Shown: piece after piece, positions 11,626 through 19,842 of the stretch
Layout: every line of letters begins with the position of its first letter
Position numbering within the stretch: the stretch's first letter is position 1
Program-made: the position numbers and the translations under genes
Notes under the pieces: model-generated
Database searches by the model: none
The model's input: the letters and a program-made list of their open reading frames with translations, nothing else
What the model was told of the DNA's origin: nothing
NCBI GenBank assembly: GCA_965219085.1
Contig: OZ244720.1
Coordinates: 2,336,001 to 2,400,000 of the forward strand
DNA: 64,000 bases
Reading direction: 5' to 3'
From: Dehalococcoidia bacterium
GTDB lineage: Bacteria; Chloroflexota; Dehalococcoidia; UBA2979

Positions 11626-12068
11626 CTACTCCTCACCCGCCTCCGCCATCTGCTGCGCCAGTTCGTCCATGTCGATGTCCTCGATGTGGGTGGCGATGGA
11701 CCAGCGGTTGCCGGACGGCTCGAGGATGCGGGTGATACGGGTGCCGTAGACCTGATCCTCGGGGTCGGCGACGGCCGTGGCGCCGGCCTTGACGGCCATG
11801 ACGTACGTGCTGTCGACGTCCTCGACGTAGAGGTGGATCTGCGCGTCGGTCGCGGGGAAGTCGGGCGGTGTCACGTCCGCGACCATTACCACCGAGTCAC
11901 TGATCTCGACCTCGGCGTGACCGATCTCACCGCCGGGCATGGTCATGCGCATGCGCTCGACCGCCCCGAATGCAGTCGCGAGGAAGTCGAGGAACGCCGC
12001 GGCGTCTTCGACGACGCAGTAGGGGTAATCGCGGCGTAGCCGTCCGGGATCGGCTTGGCGGCGGGCAT
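11626..12068 (-). pseudogene. VOC/glyoxalase (PhnB-like) protein with one frameshift near the 5' end
   Basis: ATG 12068 (GGGAGG RBS) 'MPAAKPIPDGYAAITP' joins 'YCVVEDAAAFLDFLATAFGA...GHAEVEISDSVVM...LYVEDVD...PSGNRW' if one C is added to the run at 12022-12025. Confidence 0.85.
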
Positions 12069-12168
12069 GGCGCCTCCCTCGATAGATGGGCCGACGAGGT
12101 CGTGGCACGCGCACGCATTCGGTGCGCGCAAGGTGGCGAGTGAACCGCTGAGGCAACCGGAGACGCGC

Positions 12169-12200
12169 CGCGCCCGCCCGCCGTGAGGCGGGCGGGCGCG
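12169..12200. terminator. Perfect 14-bp GC hairpin; probable terminator or stabiliser downstream of the nitronate monooxygenase gene
   Basis: CGCGCCCGCCCGCC-GTGA-GGCGGGCGGGCGCG; no long U tract. Confidence 0.6.
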
Positions 12201-12231
12201 AATCTGCGCTACGTGCGCGGAGGGTCGGCGG

Positions 12232-13341
12232 CTACGCGCCGATGGGCTGGCCGCTGAAGCGCTCGGCCGCCTCCTGCGCCTCCTCCATCAGGTCGAAGAT
12301 GACCTGCCGCGCGGGCTTGATCGACGTGATGTGACCCACGCCCTGCCCGGCCGGCGGGCCGCTCCAGTCCTCGAGGTGGTGGTCGTCGATGGCCTGCTTG
12401 ATCTCCGCCACCAGCATCGGCTGGAGCGGCATCGGCAGCGGGTCCGGGGCTTCCGGCGTGTCCCACGCCTCGGTCCACTTCGAGCGCACCTGGCGCACCG
12501 GCTTGCCGGTGGTCGCGCGCGACTGCACGGCGTCCTCGATGACGGCGTTCAGCAGCTTCTGCTTGGCGTACATCTCCGTCTCGGACTCGTTCGTGGCCTG
12601 CCAGATCGTGCCGCACCAGACGCCGTCGGCGCCCATCGCGACCGCGGCCGCAATGTGCGTGCCGGTGGTGACGCCGCCGGCGGCGAGGATCAGGCTGTCC
12701 GGGTTCAGTTCGTTGCGCGCCTTCACGACCTCGGGCACCAGCGAGAAGGTGCCGATGCGGCCACTGTGGCCGCCGGAGTCGCCGCCCTGCGCGATGATCG
12801 TGTCGACCTTCGCGTCGAGCTCACGCACCGCCTGACGCCGCAGCCCGATCAGGCCCCACACCTTCGTCCCCGCGGCGTGCGCGCGGTCGAGGATGAACGC
12901 GGGGCTGCCGAGGCCGGAGGCGAAGATCGGCACGTGGTTGTCCAGCACGACCTCGAGCTGGCGCTGCGCCTTCTCCATCAGGCCGGCGTCGATGCCGCCC
13001 TCGGGCTCCTGCTTCGGAGGCGGGATGTCGTTGTCGCGCATCAGCCCCGTGACGAAGTCGCGGTGCTCCTGCGGGATCATCTCCTCCAGGTCTTCCATGT
13101 TGCCCTGCACGAACGAGGCCGGAACCAGCAGGTCGACGCCGAACGGCTTGTCGCCGACGCGCTCGCGAATCCAGCGCACGTCGCTCTCGATCTCCTCGGG
13201 CGTCGAGCCGGTCGCGCCGAGTACGCCGATGCCGCCGGCGTTGACGACCGCGGCGATGACATCCTTGGTGTGCGCGAACGCGACGATCGGGAACTCGGCC
13301 CCGTACTCCTCGCACAGTCGCGTGCGGAGTGGGTCTGCCAT
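12232..13341 (-). CDS. Nitronate monooxygenase/FabK-like FMN-dependent oxidoreductase
   Basis: 'NAGGIGVLG', 'KPFGVDL', 'IAQGGDSGGHSG', 'LAAGGV', 'GADGVWCGT', 'PAGQGVG'. Confidence 0.9.
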   Translation of the reverse strand: MADPLRTRLCEEYGAEFPIVAFAHTKDVIAAVVNAGGIGVLGATGSTPEEIESDVRWIRERVGDKPFGVDLLVPASFVQGNMEDLEEMIPQEHRDFVTGLMRDNDIPPPKQEPEGGIDAGLMEKAQRQLEVVLDNHVPIFASGLGSPAFILDRAHAAGTKVWGLIGLRRQAVRELDAKVDTIIAQGGDSGGHSGRIGTFSLVPEVVKARNELNPDSLILAAGGVTTGTHIAAAVAMGADGVWCGTIWQATNESETEMYAKQKLLNAVIEDAVQSRATTGKPVRQVRSKWTEAWDTPEAPDPLPMPLQPMLVAEIKQAIDDHHLEDWSGPPAGQGVGHITSIKPARQVIFDLMEEAQEAAERFSGQPIGA

Positions 13342-13503
13342 AGCTGTACCTCCCATGTGGTGTGCTGCGGCCGGCGCCCCGGCCGGGCGGCGGCTTCCTG
13401 TACCGCCGCGAACATAGAACGCCGTTACTGCCCTTGCAATGCACGAGGCGCCTACGGCGCGTGCGCGCCTCGCGCGCTACGCTGCGCAGCGCGGCGGCCG
13501 CTG

Positions 13504-14154
13504 ATGGAACTGCGACTCTTCCCGCTGCATACCGTGCTCTTCCCCGGCATGGCCTTGCCGCTCAACGTCTTCGAGCCGCGCTACCTGCAACTCGTCGACG
13601 AGTGCACGCGCGACGACGAACCGTTTGGCGTCGCGCTCATCCGTGAGGGCCCCGAGGTCGGCGGCTTCGCCGCCCCGGTCGACGTCGGCACGACGGCGCG
13701 CATCGAGCGCGCCGAGCCGGGCATGCTCAACGCGGTCTCGCTCCTCGCGCGCGGCGAGCAGCGCTTCCGCATCACGGAGCTGCATCACGACCGCCCGTAC
13801 CTGTGGGCCGATGCCGAGCTCATCGAGGAACCCTCGCGCGACGCGCCCGCGGAGCTGCGCGAGCGGGCCCGCGAGCAACTCATCGCCTTCGCGCGGCTAC
13901 GCTCGCAGGCCCGCGGCGAGTACGAGCGCGACCCGGGTTCCGACCCGCCCGAGGGCGCCGGGGCGCTCGCCGACGCCATCTGCGCGACCGGCGCCGGCGC
14001 GGCCGACGAGCGCCAGCGGCTCCTCGAAACGCTTGACCCCGTCGATCGCCTCACGCGCGCGGTCGAGATGTTCGAGGAGATCCTCGAACTGCTGCGCCGC
14101 CGCGTCGGCGAGGCGGCGGTGCAACGCTGGAACGAGCCGGGGGGCCTCAACTGA
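13504..14154 (+). CDS. LON peptidase substrate-binding (Lon-N) domain protein
   Basis: 'LFPLHTVLFPGMALPLNVFEPRY', 'PFGV', 'VGTTARI', 'GEQRFRI', 'RQRLLE'. Confidence 0.9.
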   Translation: MELRLFPLHTVLFPGMALPLNVFEPRYLQLVDECTRDDEPFGVALIREGPEVGGFAAPVDVGTTARIERAEPGMLNAVSLLARGEQRFRITELHHDRPYLWADAELIEEPSRDAPAELRERAREQLIAFARLRSQARGEYERDPGSDPPEGAGALADAICATGAGAADERQRLLETLDPVDRLTRAVEMFEEILELLRRRVGEAAVQRWNEPGGLN

Positions 14155-14233
14155 CGCGGCGCAGGTGCGCGCTGCGCCCCGCGCGGTACGCTGTCCCGGT
14201 GCGCGCGCCGGCCGTGCGGCGGGGGGTGTGGCG

Positions 14234-15256
14234 GTGAGCCTGACATTCGGCGTCCTCGACCAATCCCCGATCCGCGAGGGCGGTACCGCCGCCGAGGCGC
14301 TGGCCGAGACGATCGAGCTCGCGAAGGCGACCGAGCGGCTCGGCTACAGCCGCTACTGGCTCGCCGAGCACCACAACAGCCGCGGCCTCGCGAGCTCAGC
14401 GCCCGAGGTGCTGATCGCGCGCGTCGCCGCGGAGACCTCGACGATGCGTATCGGCTCCGGCGGCGTGATGCTCTCGCACTACGCGCCGCTCAAGGTCGCC
14501 GAGAACTTCCGCACGCTCGAGACGCTCTACCCCGGCCGCATCGACCTCGGCGTCGGGCGCGCGCCGGGCTCCGATGGCCGCACGGCGCAGGCGCTGACGC
14601 ACGGGCCGGGCGCGCTCGGCATCCAGCACTACCCGCATCAGGTCGCCGACCTGCTGCGCTTCGTCTCCAACCAGCTGCCGGAGGGCCACTACTTCACCGG
14701 CATCCAGGCCACCCCGCTCGGCCCCACGGTGCCGCAGCCGTGGATGCTTGGCTCCTCGCTCGAGAGCGCGAGCATGGCGGCCGAGTTCGGGGTGCCGTAC
14801 TCGTTCGCGCACTTCATCAACGAGGCGTGGGCGGGCGAGGCGATCACGCTCTACCGCCGCATCTTCCGCCCCTCGCCGTGGCTCGACGAACCGCGAGTGA
14901 GCGTCGGCGTCTCGGTGATCTGCGCCGACACCGACGAGCGCGCCGAGGAGCTGGCGATGAGCCGTTGGATGTGGCGGCTGCGCAACCGGCAGGGCCGCTC
15001 TTACGGCGTCCCGTCGGTCGAGTCCTCCATGGCCGAGGAGCTGAACGAGGCTGAGCGCGAGTACATCGACTTCCAGCGCAAGCACGCGCTCGTCGGCGGG
15101 CCGGAGCGCGTGAAGGAGCGCATGGAAGCCCTCGCCGCCGAACTCACCGCCGACGAGTTCATCGTCGTCACCATCACCTACGACTTCGCGGACCGCCTCC
15201 GGTCGTACGAGTTGCTGGCGGACGTGTTCGGGTTGGAGGGGCGAGCGAGCGAGTAG
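14234..15256 (+). CDS. LLM-class (luciferase-like) flavin-dependent oxidoreductase, YhbW-like
   Basis: 'GVLDQSP', 'GYSRYWLAEHH', 'IGSGGVMLSHYAPLKVAENF', 'PGRIDLGVGRAPG', 'LGSS', 'FAHFIN'. Confidence 0.93.
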   Translation: MSLTFGVLDQSPIREGGTAAEALAETIELAKATERLGYSRYWLAEHHNSRGLASSAPEVLIARVAAETSTMRIGSGGVMLSHYAPLKVAENFRTLETLYPGRIDLGVGRAPGSDGRTAQALTHGPGALGIQHYPHQVADLLRFVSNQLPEGHYFTGIQATPLGPTVPQPWMLGSSLESASMAAEFGVPYSFAHFINEAWAGEAITLYRRIFRPSPWLDEPRVSVGVSVICADTDERAEELAMSRWMWRLRNRQGRSYGVPSVESSMAEELNEAEREYIDFQRKHALVGGPERVKERMEALAAELTADEFIVVTITYDFADRLRSYELLADVFGLEGRASE

Positions 15257-15296
15257 CCCGGCGTCGCCGCCTCACCGTCGCGCCGCGCGCCCGCCG

Positions 15297-15827
15297 TCAG
15301 TCGTACCTACCGTTGGCGTACGTCGGCCGGTCGAGCCGCTCGAAGATGTGCGGCCAGAGGACGTCCCGGCCCGGTTCGACCGGGCCGATGCGATCCTCGA
15401 CGAGATCCTCATCAGACGCGGTCTCGCACATCCAGACTCGACAAGTGGGCGGCTCCTCCCGCGTCTCGGGGCGGAAGGCGAACATCGCGAGAGCGCCGGT
15501 CGATTCGTCGTCAGCCAACACCGAGGGCGCGTCGAAGCCGAGCAACCGCGTCTCGTTGTGGCGGCCTCCGTGGTACTCGCTGTTGTACCAGACGGCCCGG
15601 ATCGTCTGGACGTAGGGGTGGCTGTCGATCGCCATCTCGATCGGTACCGCCGGGTTCGTCCTGCCAGCCCAGAACAGCTTCGAGCTCACCCGGAGCATGA
15701 CCTGCCTCGGGACGAAGAGGCCGGCGGGGTCATCCTCGACAGCGATGGCCGGGTGCGGCAGACGCGTCGCGTACAGCGGGTCGCCGGTGAGCATGATCTC
15801 GTCGAGCCACGCGACCACGTTTCGCAC
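15297..15827 (-). CDS. Stand-alone EcoRII N-terminal effector (B3-like DNA-binding) domain protein
   Basis: Colinear with EcoRII-N as recalled from memory: 'WLDEI', 'GLFVP', 'NPAVPIEMAIDSH', 'RAVWYNS...NETRL', 'DESTGALAMFAF', 'VWMCETASDEDLVEDRIGPVEPG'; stop follows about 22 aa later, with no catalytic domain. Confidence 0.8.
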   Translation of the reverse strand: MRNVVAWLDEIMLTGDPLYATRLPHPAIAVEDDPAGLFVPRQVMLRVSSKLFWAGRTNPAVPIEMAIDSHPYVQTIRAVWYNSEYHGGRHNETRLLGFDAPSVLADDESTGALAMFAFRPETREEPPTCRVWMCETASDEDLVEDRIGPVEPGRDVLWPHIFERLDRPTYANGRYD

Positions 15828-15959
15828 GAGCCGTATCCCTTCCGCACTTCCCTCGAACGGTCCAGATCATACGACGCGTGGTCGCCTCCACCCCTGGATC
15901 GATTGCGTTCGTTATCCTGGCGAACCGGAGCGCGTGCCCGCGAGGCTGAGGGGGATCGT

Positions 15960-16664
15960 GTGGAGCTCGGCAACCTCGAACCCGGGGCCATCATCAGCTA
16001 CCACCAGATGTGCACCGAGGAACACGAGGTGCGGCTACAGCGCGGGATGAACTTCCGCCTCGACCCTCGGTACAGCGTCATGCTGATGAGCCGTCGTGAG
16101 GGCGCGCCGTACGCGGATAGCGTCGAAGACGGGGGCGAGACCCTCATCTACGAGGGGCACGACGCTTCCCGGACGCGAGGTGGACCCGACCCCGCGAGCA
16201 TGGACCAACCTCTCGCCTATGCGTCAGGCCGAGCCACGCAGAATGGCCTATTTCGCGGGGCGGCTCTCGCGTACAAGGAGGGTCGCGCCGAAGCGGAGCA
16301 CGTGAAGGTCTACGAGAAGCTCCTGCGGGGGACGTGGGTCTTCAACGGCGTGTTCCGGCTCACCGACTGCTGGAGCGAGGAGCGCGCGGGTCGCGCGGTG
16401 TTCAAGTTCCGTCTCGAGCCTGCGGAAGAAGACGCTGAACCGGCCCGCCCGGCACTGAGGGAGCGTAGTCGCATGATCCCCTCGGCGGTGAAACGCGAAG
16501 TGTGGGAGCGCGACCGTGGCCGGTGTGTGATCTGCGGCGCGACCGACGAGCTCCATTTCGACCATGACATCCCGTACTCCGCCGGCGGCTCCTCGATCGC
16601 CGCGGAGAACATTCGCATCCTCTGCGCGCGCCACAATCTCGAGAAGAGTGACCGCATCGAGTGA
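15960..16664 (+). CDS. SRA-like + HNH endonuclease (putative modification-dependent restriction enzyme)
   Basis: GTG 15960 with GAGGGG RBS; SRA-like 'SVMLMS..EGAPYADSVEDGGETLIYEG...QNG...VKVYEK...WVFNGVF..VFKFRL'; HNH 'VWERDRGRCVICG...HFDH.IP...GGS...NIRILCARHN..K'. Confidence 0.8.
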   Translation: MELGNLEPGAIISYHQMCTEEHEVRLQRGMNFRLDPRYSVMLMSRREGAPYADSVEDGGETLIYEGHDASRTRGGPDPASMDQPLAYASGRATQNGLFRGAALAYKEGRAEAEHVKVYEKLLRGTWVFNGVFRLTDCWSEERAGRAVFKFRLEPAEEDAEPARPALRERSRMIPSAVKREVWERDRGRCVICGATDELHFDHDIPYSAGGSSIAAENIRILCARHNLEKSDRIE

Positions 16665-16695
16665 TATACCCGCGTCGGCTTGGTGCGTGGGCTGC

Positions 16696-17355
16696 TTAAG
16701 GGCGGCGCCGCAACGCGTGGTCGAGGCGATCAGCGAGGGCGTGGTCGCCGATATCGCGGAGTTGGCCGGGGAGTTCTGGGCGCGAATACGGGAAGACGCC
16801 CGCCTCGCTCAGCGCGGCGCGGGCGAGGTGTGTGAGCATCGATATCTCCAGCTCAGCGGCGGCGTCATGGTCGCCGACCGCGAACATGTCGTCGCGGAGG
16901 CGCTGCACCTTCTGTGCGCGCACGCGCGCTTCGTCGGCCGACGGCAGAGCGAGGCGATCGTTCCAGTTCGCACGCAACGCGGTCCACCTACCGTCGCGCT
17001 CGAAGAGCGGTCGGCCGAACCGTACGGTCCACGAAAGGTAGTCGTGGCCCGACTTGAGCAGTCGGGGCACATCGGCTTGCTCGTATTGCCGTAAGTCCAC
17101 ATCCATCGGCGGCCGACGTAATGCGGGGCGAAGCTTCCGGTACACCAGCACGAGGTCGAGGTCGTCGATACGTTCCACGTCACGCACTGCCGAACCGGTG
17201 GCGACGATCGCATCGATCGCGACATCGCGGCGAGCGGCGGCTGCGGCGTCGCGTGTCCATTCCCACGCGGCCTTGCTCGGCCACGACCGCACGGTGGCGA
17301 GCGCGCCGTCCGACGTCGGTACCGTCACGCCTCGCGGTGTCAGTTGGTTCGTCAT
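16696..17355 (-). CDS. Minimal nucleotidyltransferase (MNT) with a C-terminal helical HEPN-like segment
   Basis: 'AIVATGSAVR...DDLDLVLV' (GS + DxD), 'VDLRQY', 'FGRPLFE'; C-terminus 'GDHDAAAE...LARAALSEAGVFPYSRPEL'. Confidence 0.75.
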   Translation of the reverse strand: MTNQLTPRGVTVPTSDGALATVRSWPSKAAWEWTRDAAAAARRDVAIDAIVATGSAVRDVERIDDLDLVLVYRKLRPALRRPPMDVDLRQYEQADVPRLLKSGHDYLSWTVRFGRPLFERDGRWTALRANWNDRLALPSADEARVRAQKVQRLRDDMFAVGDHDAAAELEISMLTHLARAALSEAGVFPYSRPELPGQLRDIGDHALADRLDHALRRRP

Positions 17356-17735
17356 CGCGCCAGCAACTCCGCCACGTAGCCAACATACTCTTCGATGGCA
17401 GCAGCGATCTCTTCGGGGTTGAGGTCGTCGGGGCGATCAGTGTCCCCGTATGCCTCATGCTTCCGCGTCTGGTTCAGGGCAACGAGCAGATCAGCCATGT
17501 CTGGAAGGCCGTGCTCTTCATGGAGCCGCTGCGCGGCCTCTTCCTTGGCCCAGTGGGAACGGGGCCGTCGCCAGCCGAGGTGTAATGCAGCGGCTACTAC
17601 GCTCGCCTCCAAGCAATAGAAGCCATACGTGGAGAGGTCCGCCCAGTCCGTAGGCTCATCCCAAGAGTCCCACACCCGTTGAAGGTGCGAGTTGGCCAGT
17701 TGAAGGGAGTGCTCGGCTGTCTGTTCCGTGCTCAA
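17352..17735 (-). CDS. HEPN-domain protein
   Basis: 127 aa, helical; 'GFYCLEASVVA...PRSH...LNQTRKHEAYGD' (Rx4Y-type HEPN); 4-nt overlap with the MNT gene. Confidence 0.75.
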   Translation of the reverse strand: MSTEQTAEHSLQLANSHLQRVWDSWDEPTDWADLSTYGFYCLEASVVAAALHLGWRRPRSHWAKEEAAQRLHEEHGLPDMADLLVALNQTRKHEAYGDTDRPDDLNPEEIAAAIEEYVGYVAELLAR

Positions 17736-17789
17736 GACGCCGCCTCTTCTTGCCCGTTGATTGTATCTAATCGCAGTCGGTAGCCAAGA

Positions 17790-18629
17790 CTAACTCTCAT
17801 ACCCCCTCGCCGCCCCCACCAACCGCAGCGCGTGCGCGTGCGCGGCGACGTCGTGGACGCGGACGACGTGGACGCCGTGCGAGGCGGCGAGGACGTTGAA
17901 GGCGAGGGTCGCCTCGAACTGGCCCGGGGCGTCCTGACGCTTCTCGTAGCCGAGCGCCTCGGCGAGGAAGCCCTTGCGGGAGGCGGAGATGAGCACCGGG
18001 TAACCCGTCGCGACGAGGTCGGGCAGGCCGCCGAGGAGGCGCAGGTTGTCGTCCAGCGACTTGCCGAACTCGAAGCCCGGGTCCAGCCACGGGCGCGGCG
18101 CGCCCGCGGCATCGAGGGCGGACGCGCGGTCGAGCAGGAAGTCGCGCACCTCGGCCACGATGTCGTCATAACGCTGGTCGGCGTCGTAGTGGCGCTGCGG
18201 GCGGCCGCGCATGTGCATCACGATCGGCGTCGCGCCGTACTCCGCGGCGACCCCAGCCATCTCGGGGTCGACGAAACCCGTCACGTCGTTGAGGCCGTCG
18301 ACGCCGGCGGCGGCTGCGGCGCGCGCGACCTCGGCCGTCCAGCTGTCGACGGTGACGGGGATGCCGTCGGTCACGAGCGCCTCGATGACCGGGCAGACGC
18401 GCTCGATCTCCTCTTGCGGCGCGATCGGTGCGGCGCGCGAGGAGGTGGAGTGCGCGCCGACGTCGATGATCGCGGCACCCTCGGCGACGAGCGCGCGCGC
18501 CCGCGCGAGCGCCTTCGAGGGGTCGACGACTGAGCCGGCGACGGGCGAGTCGGGGGAGAGGTTGAGGATCGCCATGATCGCGGTGCGATCGGTGGTGTCG
18601 ATGCGGTGCTTGCCAAGTTCGAGCAGCAC
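17790..18629 (-). CDS. folP: Dihydropteroate synthase
   Basis: 'IMAILNLSPDS', 'GAAIIDVGAHST', 'LNDVTG', 'VMHMRG', 'DPGFEFGKS', 'SASRK', 'VRVHDV'. Confidence 0.9.
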   Translation of the reverse strand: MLLELGKHRIDTTDRTAIMAILNLSPDSPVAGSVVDPSKALARARALVAEGAAIIDVGAHSTSSRAAPIAPQEEIERVCPVIEALVTDGIPVTVDSWTAEVARAAAAAGVDGLNDVTGFVDPEMAGVAAEYGATPIVMHMRGRPQRHYDADQRYDDIVAEVRDFLLDRASALDAAGAPRPWLDPGFEFGKSLDDNLRLLGGLPDLVATGYPVLISASRKGFLAEALGYEKRQDAPGQFEATLAFNVLAASHGVHVVRVHDVAAHAHALRLVGAARGYES

Positions 18630-18765
18630 GCCCTCGTCCCTCGTCGGCGGCGGGGGTGCGCCCCCCTGCCTCGGTCCTCAGTCTACGTGCGGCGAGGGCT
18701 ACGGGCGGCGGGCTGTCGCAGCGCGGGGCGGCGTCGTAGAGTCTCCGCGGAGCTCGGATGAAGCC

Positions 18766-18972
18766 GTGCAGTACACCGTCGTAATCGAAGAGACCGAGAA
18801 CGGCTACTCGGCGTACGCGCCCGACGTGCCGGGCTGCGTTGCCGCAGGCGACACCGTGTCGGAAGTCGAGGATCTCATCCGGGAGGCGCTCGCCTTCCAC
18901 ATCGAATCGCTCGGGGAACACGGGGAGCCGGTGCCGGAACCGCGGGCCTCCGCCGTACTGGTCGAGGTCTAG
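18766..18972 (+). CDS. hicB: Orphan HicB-family antitoxin
   Basis: 'VQYTVVIEETENGYSAYAPDVPGCVAAGDTVSEVEDLIREALAFHIESL..GEPVPEP'; no adjacent hicA. Confidence 0.88.
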   Translation: MQYTVVIEETENGYSAYAPDVPGCVAAGDTVSEVEDLIREALAFHIESLGEHGEPVPEPRASAVLVEV

Positions 18973-19038
18973 CTCGGGCATTGGTCTGACGGCGGGTCGT
19001 AGAGTCGCCGGGAACACGGACGGGAGCAGCGAGGCGTC

Positions 19039-19842
19039 ATGGTGGGCGAAGACATCACGGAGGCTGTGGGCGAGCCCGTCCTCGTCGCACTCGACTTCAC
19101 CGCCGTCGAGCTGCGCGTGCTCTTCACCGACATGCAGGGCGCGCCCCTCGAACGTGGCGCGTGGCCGCTGCCGCCCCTGCCCGACGAGGACGCGTGGGCG
19201 TGGCAGGTCGGCGGGCGCATCGCGACGCTGTTCGCCACCGAGGGGTCGCGGCGCTCGGCGCTCGCCATCGCCGTCGCCGCGCCCGGCGTCGTCGACCCGC
19301 TTTCCGGGACGCTCGCCCACTCGACCGGGCAGGACACGTGGGACGGACTCGCGGTCGTCGAGGCGCTGCGACGCCACATCGACACGCCCATCGCGTGCGA
19401 GAGCCGCACCAACGCGGCGCTGATCGGCGAGCGCTGGCATGGCGCAGCCTCGGGCGCCGACGACGTGCTTTACGTCTCGCTGCGCGGGACGCCCGAGGCG
19501 GCTCTGATGGCCGGTGGGCGGCCGGTGCGCGGCGCTCGCTTCTCCGCCGGCAACCTGCCGGCGATGCCCGAGCTCGAGCCGGGCCAGCCCATCGGCGACG
19601 AGGACCTCGAGACCGCCTCGGGGCTGCTCGCGGACGCCTCGGCGCTGCTGGGCCCGGAGCTCGTCGTGATCGACGGTGAGGACGGGCACACGCGGCGGCT
19701 GATCCCGCTGCTCCAGCGCGTGCTGGACGAGGTGGCGCCGGGACCGCGCGTCGTCGCCTCGGAGCTGGGGGACACCGCCGCGCTGCTCGGTGCGGCACGC
19801 CTCGCCTCCCGCCTCGCGTACGAGGGCGACCGCAAGCCGTGA
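19039..19842 (+). CDS. ROK-family protein (degenerate)
   Basis: 'LAIAVAAPGVVDPLSG', 'TNAALIGERWHGA', 'LGPELVVIDG', 'SELGDTAALLGAA'. Confidence 0.8.
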   Translation: MVGEDITEAVGEPVLVALDFTAVELRVLFTDMQGAPLERGAWPLPPLPDEDAWAWQVGGRIATLFATEGSRRSALAIAVAAPGVVDPLSGTLAHSTGQDTWDGLAVVEALRRHIDTPIACESRTNAALIGERWHGAASGADDVLYVSLRGTPEAALMAGGRPVRGARFSAGNLPAMPELEPGQPIGDEDLETASGLLADASALLGPELVVIDGEDGHTRRLIPLLQRVLDEVAPGPRVVASELGDTAALLGAARLASRLAYEGDRKP

